Part shown: positions 46,599-60,991 of the stretch, in pieces
How positions within the stretch are numbered: the stretch's first letter is position 1
Layout: each line of letters begins with the position of its first letter
Assembly: GCA_964016885.1 (NCBI GenBank)
Contig: OZ024740.1
Location: forward strand, 330,522,001 to 330,586,000
Length of the DNA: 64,000 nt
Reading direction: 5' to 3'
From: Eledone cirrhosa
Lineage: Eukaryota
Translations under genes and position numbers: made by a program
Notes under the pieces: generated by a model
Database searches by the model: none
What the model saw: the letters and a program-made list of their open reading frames with translations, nothing else
What the model was told of the DNA's origin: nothing

Positions 46599-46755
46599 TT
46601 ATTAGAATAACAGATTAAAGTTTAAGCGAAGAATCGCTGCTTTCACGCTTAACGGTATCTTCTGAAATACATTTTTGCTCTAGGTTTCTTATATATTTGA
46701 TATATATTTATGCTTATCGAGCCCTGTTTGGATTTTAGTTCGCATTTATTATTAT

Positions 46756-46810
<55 letters not shown>

Positions 46811-47128
46811 AATATAAATTAGCGAGAATCGTTTTCAGCTCAGGAATATATATATATTTGTGTGTGTATGTATATATATATATATGTGTTTGTGTGTGTG
46901 TATGTTCGTGTGTGCGTGCGAGTGTGTGCACGTGTGTGCGTGTGTGCGTGTGTGGGTGTGTGCGTTTATTTTGACTAAAGAAAAAAAAAGGGACCGAATC
47001 AATTCATCATATAATTAGTCACTATACTCCAGAACCATATGACTACTACAATCTTATAGATTCATTAAGTGGGTGAGACATCAGCGGAGATCGATAAAAT
47101 AATATCAACGATTTTCGTAAATGTTTAT

Positions 47129-47183
<55 letters not shown>

Positions 47184-47635
47184 CACATATTTATATATCT
47201 CTATATATATAAGCTGTAGTTCCTGTCTGGTTCTTTGTTTGTTCACGAACTTCTCCTATGGTTTTGGAGATAGAACCCCACAACCATATATATTATGAAA
47301 CTATATTGCCCATAAGGATAAGTATATTTTATTTTTATCAAATGGTTTCCTGGGTGAACAAAGCCCCGCTGAATAATGTTTCCCTTCGAGTTATATGAAA
47401 TGTAAACCATAGGTAAATGAGAAGATATTATCCCTATTCACAAAAGTTTTGAATTGATATTTTAAAATAAATTATTTACAAGTAACAAAATAAGAATAAG
47501 ATTTAATAATGTAATTTTGATTTGATATTTTACAAAAGATAATGTTTACATTGATTAATATTGAAATGCGGAGTTTTTCTCCATAAATTATATCACTGAT
47601 TTAAAATATATCATTATTTTCTTACACAAATATGT

Positions 47636-48300
47636 GTGAAACGCAGCAAGGCGCGGGTAATTCGGCTAGTATGTATAGACGACGCACTTTTCACCTTCTG
47701 TTCCCCTAACCCCAGTCAGATGGAGCGCATGAGGAAGCGCATATCGCATTTTTTTAAACAACACGGTTCATTTGTGACAATAGACACTAGAACTAAGAGG
47801 GTCAATTTCCTGAACGTTACCTTGGAAATGAATACGGTTTCCACAGACCGTACCATAAGCCCAACGAAAACCTGCAATATGTGAAAGGCAATCGAATCAC
47901 CCAAAGTCAGTCATAGTAAAAGGGGTAACCAAACGCGTATCCACTCTGTCGTCGAACGCAGAAGTGTTTAAACAGCACGCCCAATATTATAATGAGGCAC
48001 TACGCAGGGCCGGTTACAAAGAAACCATAATATATACCATGGATAGAGTAGAGCGTAGTGATAAGGCGTGTCCCAGGTATGTGCCACCCGGAGGATTCGA
48101 TGCTGCAAATGTGCATCTTCTCTGGTGTCTGAATGTCATGATAATTTCAGACTTCAGGTTGACGGCGTCATCCTTCAGTCTGACTATCTCCATGGCCTCG
48201 TGTAGGCACAATCGGCACTTTCTACTTCCGTCAATCGTAACTATATATACTCTCCACCTGTTCCGCTTTGGAACAGTGATTATTACTATCATTATAGTTC
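47636..48300. pseudogene. Naiad-like PLE fragments: RT C-terminus on + (47636-48065) fused to an inverted GIY-YIG tail on - (48070-48260)
   Basis: IDDAL...ERMRKRI..FFKQHG...VNFLNVTL, NHPK, LSSNAEVF...YNEALRRAGY; minus strand CRLCLHEAMEI...NLKSEII..FRH. Confidence 0.8.
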
Positions 48301-48774
48301 TCTTATTGTTCTGTTACTCTTACCTGTTGTATACGCGGACACAAGTTTGCATCTCATGATACCTGTGTGCAGTATATCACATGGACGCACGCACTTTCTC
48401 CTGTACCTCCCCCTCGTTTTTTTTTCTTTTACCCGTTTTTTTATTTCACCACTTTTTTTCTTGTACCTTGCAGTTACATACACATTTTAATGTACCCAAA
48501 AATATTGTAAATTTATTTATTTATTTTATTTTATTTTATTATCATATTGTGTTTATATTCGCGTGTTTTTATGTGTGTACCTGTACGTGGGTGTGTGTGT
48601 GTAGATGTGCATATATATATATATACGTGGTTGGGTGCTGGGGTGTGTGTATGGGCATGGGTGCGTGTGTGCATGAGCTTAAACGCGCGTGTATGTGCAG
48701 ACATCTGAATGTATGTACATATGTGGCGGAATGTGGGTGTATGTGTGTATATGTATATATGTGTGTATATATGA

Positions 48775-48824
<50 letters not shown>

Positions 48825-48915
48825 AATATATATATATGTCTATGTATGTGTGCGTATGTACGCATAGACATGTATGAGTAGGTGTGTGTATGTGGGTGGG
48901 TAAGTGTGTTTATAC

Positions 48916-48961
<46 letters not shown>

Positions 48962-49276
48962 GGAGATATATATATATATATCATATTGTATATTATATTA
49001 TATTGTATATTTTTTTTATCTTCTATTGTTTTTTTATTGCATAGTGTATTTTTAACTTTTAATTTACGTTTTTTTTGTTTTTGTTTTTTGTTTTGTTTTT
49101 TTTTAATATGTGTATATGTGGAAGCACATATGTGTGTAGGCAGATATGCACTTGTGAAGGTGTACGCATGTGGCAACACGTGTGCGTATGCATGTGTAGA
49201 TGCAGCTATATCGGCATATTCGTAGGTATATGTATATATGTGGATGTTCGTATGCATGTTAAGTTGTCGTTTTTTT

Positions 49277-49323
<47 letters not shown>

Positions 49324-50092
49324 ATACACATGAGTGTGTATATGTGTATATGTATGTATGTGTATGTGTGTGTGTATGTATATATGTGTGTGTATGAGTG
49401 TGCGTATATATATATATAAATGTATATAAGTTTGGGCGCATGTATGTGTGCGCGCGTATGTCTGTATATATGTGTATGTTTGAGTAGGCCATACTTATCC
49501 CACCTGATACAGGGCACGAAGTATGCAGCCGTCATAAGGCTTGTGGGGATATATATCTACAAGTGGGTGTGACTGGGTCCGTGGGAGTGAGGGTGAGAGT
49601 GTGTGTGTATATACACTTTTATGTATGTATGTGAGGTTGGGGGTGTCTGTGCATGTAGGCATACGTGTGTGTATGCATAAATATGTATGTGTCTGGATGG
49701 GTGTGTGTTTATGTGTGTATATTAGTATGTGTGGGTGCTTACTCTGACGTGTGAGCAGACGTGTGAAATATTGAACCCAGCATGACTCCATCGAAATGTG
49801 TCGGACGGAAAATGGCTAATGACCCGTGTGGCAGCAGATACTGACCAGGACGTGGAGTAAAAACAGCCAATGCCATGACAAGAGTGGAAGTAGGGTTTTT
49901 TAAGGGTGTTGTTTTATGATAAGACGCCAGTGATAAAATTTGCTCCAGACGAAATACCCCTGACTGAAAGAACCCGCAGAGAGTAAAATCCGCCAGATCC
50001 ATACAAGGACCATGACTCGAGCTACTTCCCGGAGAAACAATTGTAGCACGCAATAAATTAAGTCCAGATGCATCACTGAATTTTCGTTGTCT

Positions 50093-50145
<53 letters not shown>

Positions 50146-50297
50146 AGGAAATTGTAGTTTACGTGAAGCATTGCGTAGTGAGCTATAAACGTTTGGAGTT
50201 AGAAGGCCAGAACAATGCAGGTATGGATATAGAATATAAATACACATGCAAAAGATATTACTGACAATTAGTCTTTTACCTTAAATTTATTTGAATA

Positions 50298-50335
50298 TCC
50301 TTAATTTTCGAGATAATATCTCTTCTTCGGAGGGA
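50298..50335 (-). ncRNA. Hammerhead-like motif, U4C variant
   Basis: CCT-CCGAAGA-AGAGATATTATCTC-GAAA-ATTA-AGG. Confidence 0.65.
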
Positions 50336-53083
50336 AGTAAAGGGGTTATCCAGTGTTCTAATTAGCTTGCCAAGTCATGCTGACAGGAAATAGTATAGAA
50401 ATTCCATTCTATTTCTAATGTCAAAGAGTGAAGGTTAGGTGGATAAAGGTTTGTCTCCCTTTAAAAGGGTTTGGACATGTATGTCTAAGTGTGTGTGGCA
50501 GAACACGTGAAGGTGTAACCTTGCGAGTGTGTGTGTGAGTGTGAGAAGATATGCTTATATGGAAATGTGGGGGCTAGATGCTCTATCATGTTAAAACTGG
50601 TCTATGTGTGTGTATGTGTGTGTGAGAGAGAATAAGTGAAGGTGTAAGCGTGCGTGTGTGAGTTCGTGTGTGTGTGTGTTAGATGGTCCGTGGACGTGTA
50701 TGTCTGGGGCTAGGTGCTCTATCATGTTAAAAATTGGGTGTTGAGTTCTAGTCTGTTATTGATTGGTGGTTGTGTTTCGTCTATAATTAGTGATTATTTA
50801 ATTCTAAGATTGCCGAGGTTTCTTTCGTTAGCTTCTATCCTAACTATTATGTTTTTGTCGATGTTTTTGCATTTCACTAGGTGTTTCTTAAATGAGGATG
50901 GGTTAGTGTTGAAACAGGGACGTGACGATAAATTGTGGCTCGACTTAGAAACGAATTTTTGTCGGGCCGCCTCCCAACTAAAATGGATATCGATCCTCGG
51001 CAACAAAACCACGGAATCTAACGACCATATTCCCAATATACCATCTCTCTCCACCGCCTGCCAACCGCGAGCTGGAAGAAAAACTATCGAGGTTAAACAT
51101 TCCGTATTTAACATCTTACGGAAACAGAAGATAGCCTCAAACCTCTCCAGGACGCAACAACTCGCCCTGAAGAACGTGCGGAATAGGGAACTCATATACT
51201 TACCATTCGACAAAGGTAAAGAGTTTTGTGTCATCTCTCAAGCCACATACAACAACCTAGCCTTTGAACATTTAGGCGACAACGAACTGTGTACAGAGGA
51301 CATAGCTGCAGCCCAGATCGAACAACAGGCCAATACCATCTGGTCCGACATCTGTAGTAGAAGACAACTCCCAAATAAATTTAAGTTCAATTACACCACT
51401 ATAAATAGCAGTCTGCCCACTTTCTTTCACCCCATCAAGACTCACAAGAATAGTACCAAGACACAAATAAGACCCATCGTCTCTAGCATAGAAGAGAATG
51501 GTCCCTATACAAAATCTCCTGGCTCATTTCCCAGGTCTTCAAGCCTCTACTCTCCACCTTTCCGGGGCATGTCAGTAGCTCCGACGAGGTCATACGTAGA
51601 CTACACCAACTCCAGCCAGAAAAACTTAAATTAAATAGATACACCTTTAGCCTCGACGTTGTCTCCCTCTACTCTAATGTCCTCGCTCATCCAGCTGTCG
51701 ATTTATTGACGGACTGCATGGTCGCAGAAGACGTCCACTACTACGGCCTCTATCCGACGGACATACACCAGCTTTTGTCCATCACACTGCACAATACGTA
51801 CTTCACCTTCACCACCACACATACAGACAGAAAACAGGATAACACATGGGATCCAGCCTATCAGGCCTGCTGGCCATCATTTATATGAACCAGCTGGAAT
51901 CCCGAGCCCTCAACACCTGTCATTCCTATACCATCTTCACCCGATATGTAGATGATATACTCATCCTTACATCATCCCGTGAAGAATCGGATAAAATATA
52001 CATGACATTCTCCAGCATGGACAGCGATATAAAGTTCAGCATGGAACACCCCGATGACCGCGGATCTCTATCCCTATTGGACTTCCAACTCAGGGTAACA
52101 GAGGAAGGCCACATCCACACCTGCTTCTATATTTCAAGTCACCCCTCCCAGTCAGCGCTAAGTTCGGATACATAAGGATCGAACTACACGTATCCAGAAC
52201 AAATGCACCGACGCAAGAGACCGGGACACACTCCACACATTTCATGGAAGTACTGTAACTGAACGGATAACCGACGTCCACCGTGAACCGTGCCAGAAAA
52301 AAACAGAGGACACCACACCCGAGGCACTAACACCTGCTTCCTGAAGTTCCCACACTTCAGTGACGAAAGAACAGCAGCCATCCGCAGAGCTATCAGGCGA
52401 GAGGGATTAGATATCCAGCTAGCCCAATCATGACCTTCTCTACGCGGACAGCTAACCAAAAGACACTCCACCAGACATGACAGCCGCTGCATGCTAGCCA
52501 ACTGCCCCATCAACGGTACAGTCATATGCCTCTAGGCCTATATCGTATACAAATTAGAGTGCGACAAATGCAGCAATTTCTACATAGGTAGCTACACCAG
52601 ACCACTTCACATTAGAATAAAAGAACACCTCAACACTAACGCTTCCCTCATTTAAGAAACACCTAGTGAAATGCAAAAACACCGACAAAAACATATTAGT
52701 TAGGATAGAAGCGAAGGAAAGAAACCTCGGCAATCTTAGAATTTAAGAAGCACTAATTATAGACAAAACACAAGCACCAATCAATAACAGACTAGAACTC
52801 AACGCCCAATTTTTAACATGATAGAGCATCTAGCCTCCACATTTACATATAAACATATCCTCTCACACTCACACACAGACACACATACACACGCGCGCAT
52901 GCTTACACCTCCACGTATTCTGCAACACACACACATAGACATGCATGTCCAAACCCTTTTAAAGGGAGACAACCCTTTATCTACCTTCACTCTTTGACAT
53001 AAAACATAGAATGGAATTTCTACACTATTTCCTGTCAGCATGACTTGGCAAGCTAATTAGAACACTGGATTAACCTCTTTACT

Positions 53084-53121
53084 TCCCTCCGAAGAAGAGA
53101 TATCATCTCGAAAATTAAGGA
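53084..53121 (+). ncRNA. Hammerhead-like motif, U4C variant
   Basis: CCT-CCGAAGA-AGAGATATCATCTC-GAAA-ATTA-AGG. Confidence 0.65.
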
Positions 53122-53220
53122 TATTCAAATAAACTTGAGGTAAAATTCAGCAATATCTTTTGCATTTGTACTTATATTCTATATCCAAACCTGCATTGTT
53201 CTGGCCTTCTAACTCCAAAC

Positions 53221-53264
<44 letters not shown>

Positions 53265-53298
53265 CGAAGGAAATGTGGTAAGGAACCAGGTGGACCAT

Positions 53299-53442
<144 letters not shown>

Positions 53443-53481
53443 TACATATATATATCAATATATATAAATACATATATATGT

Positions 53482-53551
<70 letters not shown>

Positions 53552-54946
53552 TATAGTTTCTTGTGGGGATTACGCTGCCAATAAAACCATACGCATGAAT
53601 TGCGCCTCAGTTATATTAATAGTGAGGTAATTAATTTATACCTCCTTTAGTTTAGTAACCGGATAGTTATTTCATTGTCAGAGCTCTTTAGTCACACTTT
53701 CCGTGAATATTTCAATGAGTATTTTGGCTAACGGTGTTACCTCTTCCTTTTGGTACCGACCTAAATGACCATTGTGTATTACCGTTTTACACATGTGTTG
53801 TGTTGATGCGTGAGTGTGTGAGGTATGCGTATACATGTTTTTGAGTGGGTGTATGTGCCCCTTTGTATTTGTATGTATATGGCTTTTATTGTTATATCTT
53901 ACGCAACTTTCTATATGTGCTATATGAATAAATTGTTTTGTGAGCTTGCAATTTTCTGCCCATGAGATATTGGTGAGTATATTCTGGTTCAATGTGCACG
54001 ACTATGTTTATGTATCTATATGGATGTTTATGTATATACACTAGTCCAAATTGCTATGCTACTCATTAAGCCTGTCTAGGTATTCATTTGTTTTTTGTTT
54101 TAATCATTATCAACATCACCATCGTTTTTATTAATAAAGGTTTCCTTTCCACAAAAAATCCCAAAATACGATTTTCACACTATAAACTAAATAACACAGT
54201 TGTTGGTCTTTTCGTGGTTTTGATGGAGGTCAAATCATCAAATAATCAAATGTGTGTATGTCTGTGCTTCTACATATGTACAGAAAAAGAAAATCCAAAC
54301 AGACGTAACATAAAAGAATCAAATTCACATTGTCACTCGCTCCGTCACTCTCGCTCTTCCCTACTCTCTCTATTATGGGCAAATAGGTTGGGGTCACGCG
54401 CTATCTGCCCTGTAGCCCCGGCGGACGGAATAGAATAGGCATTTCTCTGGAGGATGGTAAAGGAGACGGGTTGAAAGAGCCATTCCACATCGCGGTAGCG
54501 AACTCTATGCTGATGGTGGCCAAGGCCAACACACATTTCCACTGCAACTACGGGCTCGACAGCAACTCTGTCGATGATCGACCGATATTCATTATGTTTC
54601 GTAATAATTTTGTCCCTCATTTCTGATTTCTATTTAATAAACGCATGACTCTTTGGGCACACATCTTTTGTTCATAACTAAGTGTCATAATACTTCTGTC
54701 GTGAATTAAGAGAGCATACGCAGATGCACAACATATTCAGTTAATGAGGAATACAGAACGTAATATAGAACAAAGAAATATTGAAATACACAGCCACACA
54801 CAGATACACACACATGCTCAAAACAAACAGACAAAACAAAGACATGTTGTAGTAATTAGAACAAATTAGAAAAGACGAGAGTGTCAGAGGAGCAGACTAG
54901 TGATTGATAATATAACAGAACAGTTGACAAAAGAGCTTTGACAATC

Positions 54947-56401
54947 AACAGGTAACACAGCGTCCGAAAGTGAACTGAAAAATAATACGTTCGTAGACAA
55001 AAACTCTCACAGAAAATAGATTATAATAAAGCCAACTTGATAATCAACTGTGTTTTCTATTGGCAGTATGCCTCCGACCGAAAATTATAACATGCGTTTT
55101 ATTGCACGATTTCGCATCGTGAATCTTGAAAAACCAAAAATGTAAACAAGTATATAGAGCTTTCAAAATAAAATCTAACGTAATAATGAAATTTCGTTAC
55201 TTTTATTTTGATTATTTAGCATTAAATCAAACTGATAAAAAGACCTGCAATTAGTTATATTTTCGCCGCGAGAAACCCTCTTCTCTCATATAAATATAGA
55301 CCACAGACTGAAATTTTTGCAAATAATGAGTATTTATTAGAGCGTTATTTGCTGGTCTGTTGAGGATGTATGAAGTTATTTGGAATCTATCTGACTGTTA
55401 TTTCTAGTAACAAACTCTGAGGTAGCGAAACATCTCACATAATCCAATGTAAAATATCTAGGAGAACGATAGGTATATTAGAGTTTATATCTCACTAAAT
55501 CGGTATGTCGGGAACAATGAGGATGAATGTGTTTATAATAAAACTTTGAAATATGAAATTGTTTTCTTAACAAAGCTGCAGGCTAAAACATATCTTATAG
55601 GCATTCTAGTCACATTCGCCTGTAGTTACATACTCAAGTGAATGTGGCTGGATTATCCTCAAATATGGCTTTAGTGTGATAAGCTGATATATTAAGATAA
55701 TGATTAGAGATTCAAGGCCACAGACAGTAAATAATACAATGAAATTTAATCAGTGAGTATGCCTACAAGTTATATATTTGAAGGCCAGTAACCGCTTGCG
55801 CATTCTCATTGAAATTGTACGAGAAAATGATGAAACAAAAATAATAAAATCATTGTTTACCCTGTCTCCTCAATGAATTGTTGAAGTAATGCGTTTGATA
55901 CTAATGACTGGGGAAACTGTATGAATTCATTTTTAAAGGATATTATAAGGAGGACAGCATGAAATATGATATACACATTCAATGTACGTTACAAACATGA
56001 TACTTTCTATCTATCAGATAAGAGAAACCAGAAATATGCCAAACCATAAAATTATATCAGTCATCTATAAACAAGTATTTCTCACTAAATCTTCCACGGA
56101 ATGTTTATGTAGATGTTGTAAGACCCCAAGTTTATGACGTAAATGCAATGCCTACAGTAATTCAGATATACGCGTGTTATACTAAATATAGTAAATGGGG
56201 AAGAAAGGTACGTTCGTGCTCTTCATAGAAAAAGGGATATACAGTTATTGTCACGTCATTATAGAGGAGAAAATTACCCTTCGTGTAACACTTAATAATT
56301 TTATATACATATTCAAATTGAGAATTCCAATTAATGGACAATAAAACAGGTAACACAGCGTCCGAAAGTGAACTGAAAAATAATACGTTCGTAGACAAAA
56401 A
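54947..56401. repeat. Identical 57 bp direct repeat (54947-55003 / 56345-56401)
   Basis: aacaggtaacacagcgtccgaaagtgaactgaaaaataatacgttcgtagacaaaaa occurs twice. Confidence 0.95.
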
Positions 56402-57026
56402 TTAAGATTTTAAATCACATGTCAAATTTGAATGGCAGTTGTATAGTATGACAACTGCTAAAACAACATTCCGTAGAATATAATCTATTTAATAACACAA
56501 AATACAACACAATAAGTTTCACGACTACTACGTATACATACCAAGAGATATTTGCGAACATTGAGAATCACACATATGTATTGACACAGGTATGTTAAAT
56601 AGTGAGGTCAGATTTCATTCCAATCATTACGGAAACGATAGTCGTCCACATTAGAATGTTGGCTATGTTGCTTCGTATTATATGCACCAGATGTTTGTAG
56701 TCAGATCCTGGCATAACCAATCTCGGTATTATATTTATTTAGCCACCAGGTTTACCAACATATTCTAGTGCTTCATGATTTTAAAAATGCCCACTATGCT
56801 GCGAGTATTTCGGCAAGAACCTCTGGGGGACGATACCTTTTTTCTTCCATAAGCCATGGTTACGTTCAGTGGCACACTTCTCCCTATTTAAAAACTGGTA
56901 AGAATAAAACATGGCAATAATAGAAGCTTATCAATTAAATTAACACCCACATCCCACGGATCTAGCTGTCGAAACGGCCGGAGCTCAGCTGTCGGGGTCC
57001 TGACTCTTTTCCTATATAAATATATA

Positions 57027-57069
57027 GGGCTTTCCTGATGATTTCTTCCGAATGAAACAGTTCTAGTCC
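57027..57069 (+). ncRNA. Hammerhead-like motif with uncertain stems I and III
   Basis: CTGATGA-TTTC(TTCC)GAAT-GAAA-CAG-TT; stem I pairs only distally (GGGCT/AGTCC). Confidence 0.5.
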
Positions 57070-57169
57070 TGTTTCTATATTAAATATTTATACTCTGCTA
57101 TGTATTGAGTATCTTACTTACTGTGGTTAGCCATTATTGAACCCGGGATAAACACACATACATATGTGT

Positions 57170-57276
<107 letters not shown>

Positions 57277-60111
57277 ATATAAGTGACCATGTAAGTCTCT
57301 CTGCTCTACACTCAAAGCATCTTATCTGATTTGGATCAGCAAAACCAATCGCTCTAATGTCACAGAAACAGGAAAATGTCAATAGATATTTTTAACTTAG
57401 ATGATCAACATTGAATGTACGATGGATTTGGTTGATAACCAGTCTTACATGCAAATATACATCCAAGGAATAGAGAAGCAATTTGATTCTCGTTGATCTG
57501 GAACATTTCACAGATAACGATTCATTGAGTCACTGCGATTAGTCAGCTTTGCTGAAATTTCCTCCTGCTAGATATTATAATGTATAACTAGTTGCGAGTG
57601 CCTGAAAATATTAACAGGCACTAAAACTTGATTTTCGCTTAGTCCATATCGGCTTCCCTGTAAAGGAAATGTGCTGTAAGGACTTCTAGCATATAATGGA
57701 GAACCTATCTCTTCAACATCTGGTAATTTCAACATTCAGTAAATTTATTCTCGGCGTAAATAATCCACTGCACGTGTTCGGAAATATATTTGCATAAGGA
57801 GTGAACGAGATGATGCTATAATCTATCCAGATGAAAGTAGATGTTCGGATGTATCTTCTGACTTCCCTATTTACTATTCAAGTAACTGAGCTGAACTTTA
57901 GCCAATGAGTCTGACCAGTGCCTTGAAATTCATTCCCAAGTTACCGAAAACAAAGCCCACCGCCTAATCTACCTTAACCATCGGTCCTTACAGTGCCTTA
58001 CAGTGCCTTACAGTGTTGCTTGAAAGAGATGCCACCTTTACCAGCAATGAATTTTATGTAGCTACCTACAGCGAGACCATACAGTATGCCCTTCTTGGAG
58101 AGAACATGTGTCAAAACGGTTAAGAAATAAGGTCGTTCATACTGAAATCTGATTTCATGTTGCTTTAGATGAAAGCGACGCAACTTCTGAAAATGGCAAA
58201 TAACATTATCATCATTGAGAACAGCCGCCAAGTAGTGAGCTAAAATTGCATGGAAAGCCTCCGTCTGATCTTAACTAATAAGATTTGAAATACATTTATG
58301 AACCCACGTTCATTAATATGTATTGCATGAGCCTGAAGTTGTTGTAGATACCTCTATATTTGATTGTACACCTTTGTCCAGATTCAAACACACTGTCGAC
58401 AATTTCCACACTCTATGCTACGAATTTCTGTATAATCCTATACTTTGATTTCGGTAAAGTCATAACCCAAATATAATTATAATTTATCCCTATCTTTGTA
58501 TGTTTTCTTACTGAGCGACTGAACTACTGCTTGACTCACACAGCTGGGAATGTTATCAAAATGGTTCTAGTTTAGATAGAACCACTCAAAATCAAGTCCA
58601 AAATGTTATACCGTAAAACAAGATAATCTCATCTATCCTTCACATAACTACTTAACTCTATTGCAGCTATTGCCATCATCGTTTTCCTGGGACCCAATGC
58701 TCACCAACGATGTAGCCATTAAATGTTACTATCTTCCCAATTCGATGGGGAAGAAAAATATCACAACATCTACATACACATCTTCAGGTAATCAAGTAAA
58801 GGCATATGTAACTTTTATTCTCTTAGTATTAACAACATTTAATGAATTAGAACGACAATTATTTTCCCACCCTGCTCAGTTGTGCCTTTCATTATTCTGG
58901 TATCTATGAAAGTACTGGGGTGGTCGAATGATTTCAAATCATACAATAGATCTTGATGTTCAAATCTACATAATGATCGATGTTCGAAAAATATCGTCTG
59001 CAAGAAAATACGTTTTAGTTCCGCTTAAATGTTTATTATAATTAAATAGAAGTCCAACATGTAATGACATAAACCCCACTTAATTCTGATTGATGAATAT
59101 AGATATCGATATTTATAGTATTCCTTCAAAGAGAGTGGGAAATATAGAAAGGCTTTAAACGTATAGAATAACTGAATGGTCGTATAAGCCATTTGATTAT
59201 CGTAATATACAACGATAAATTTATGATTAAAATGGTCGTCAATATATTTTTTCATTTCCCTAATACATCAAACGAAAAGTTCGAAATTGATTAAAAGCTT
59301 AATCCAAACAATATGTTAGATGTAAATCATAGATCAAAATCTAGAAACTACGATGCTAATAATTCCTCGCGTTTCCCTTTAGTTTGTTGCGTACGCATTC
59401 TATTATTTTCTATTTCACTCAACCAAGATATCATTGGTTGGCAAGCATGGAATTATATCTCATATATATTGATTTATATAAGCAACACATGGGGACTAAT
59501 GGAATAGTTCGTTGGATTATCCCAAGGGTATACCATGTGTATACTTTTATATTTTATCGAAGAAATGATGGTTGTATTATCGATGTTTTAGTTGGAAGAC
59601 CAAATTCTTGAAGGTGTTTCCTGTGGCTCTTTTTCTAATAATTCTACGATATTTCAAGTTGAAGTAAGCAGGCAGAATTTATAAGACCTCACACGAGAGA
59701 TTAATTTATATTTTATGTAGAAGAACTTGGATCAACCCGCAAACATTAAAAAATATAATTGTAGAACACTCGCATGAACCCTTCAATCATTGCTAATTTT
59801 CTTACTGATTTTTCTCCTACAAGATATACACTTAAATGGAAATGTATTTATCCGTTCAATACACCCGTATAATCCCATTTCCAACGTTTCATTTTTTAAG
59901 GTATATTAAATAGGTTTCTCATTGATATCATGTTGGAGATAACCACAAATCTACGATGTCATAAATGAATGTCAACATCATTCTCAATATTATTGGGATA
60001 ACTATAAACGTCATAATTATCACGTTCATCATTTCTCATAGCAATTATATAGAATGATTTGTATCAACGAAACAATTTATATGACAACAGTAACAACCTG
60101 AAATAGGATGA

Positions 60112-60156
<45 letters not shown>

Positions 60157-60339
60157 GGGGTAACTAATAATAGTTATATGCAGTCCACTTAGGTGTAGTC
60201 CAGTTATTAAGCTTTTTCGTATAGCAAACCGTGTCACTCTTCTTTCCTGATTTATATATATATATACAGAATTTCAGAGGCTTTCTACAACTTGTAACAC
60301 GTACGTGTTAGCACACAATATATAAGTAGTGACCTGAAG

Positions 60340-60732
60340 ATCCATCTCTTCGTTGCTGTAGCGGAGTCTGTACTCCTGTACAGGTCTGAGACTTGCACAC
60401 TGACCAAGAAACTCACCAGAATGCTGAGGATGGTTCTGAACATTAATCTGAGGATGAAGAACGCAGAGCTGTACGAGAGCGTCCCAAATGTCGCCTTGAG
60501 AGTAGCACAGAGGAGACTGAGGTTAGCTGGTCATGCTCAGCGACATCCAGAATTGACACTGCACGCAGTGCTCCTGTGGGAGGCCCTGCATGGGCATACT
60601 GAAAGAGGGAGACCGAGGTTGATATATGTTGATGCCCTATGGACAGACACTGGTCACTTGGAGGACATGGCAGCGATGATGAGGGACTCGTCATGGAGAG
60701 AACTCGTCCATGAATCTCGGGAATTTTAGCCG

Positions 60733-60735
<3 letters not shown>
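60340..60735 (+). mobile_element. RTE-clade LINE 3' fragment
   Basis: AVAESVLLY.SET.TLTK...MLRMVLNI...ELY...RRLRLAGHAQRH...LLWE..HG...RGRP...YVD. Confidence 0.88.
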
Positions 60736-60772
<37 letters not shown>

Positions 60773-60991
60773 ATATACGTGTGTTGGCTAAAACGTTTAC
60801 AGGCTGAAAGGTTCATGAGCTGACCAATATATATATATATCTATGTATGTATGTATGTATGTATGTATGTATGTATGTATGTATGTGTGTGTGTGGCTGT
60901 GTATGTGTGGGGGTGAGGTGGGGGTATGTATGTATGTATGTATGTATGTATGTATGTATGTATGTATGTATGTATGTATGTACGTATGTAT

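Larger units (their letters stand above)
50143..53222 (+). mobile_element. Poseidon-like PLE pseudo-element with ~700 bp inverted 3' duplication at the 5' end
   Basis: 50184-50910 is the reverse complement of ~52628-53222. Sense part has PFDKG, IKTHK, IRPIVS, LDVVSLY, MGSSLSG.LA.IYM, RYVDD and a decayed GIY-YIG, with several frameshifts and stops. Confidence 0.93.

Noticed and set aside
47195-47375. Helitron-like 5' terminus (tctatatatataagctg...tttgtttgttc), similarly 28130-28170 minus
   Set aside because: No clear 3' hairpin plus CTAG end found.
50714-50910. First ~65 aa of the 306-aa ORF 50714-51634
   Set aside because: Antisense read of the inverted GIY-YIG tail, not real PLE protein.
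57290-58270. Possible host exons or old transposase
   Set aside because: No frame gave a recognisable motif.
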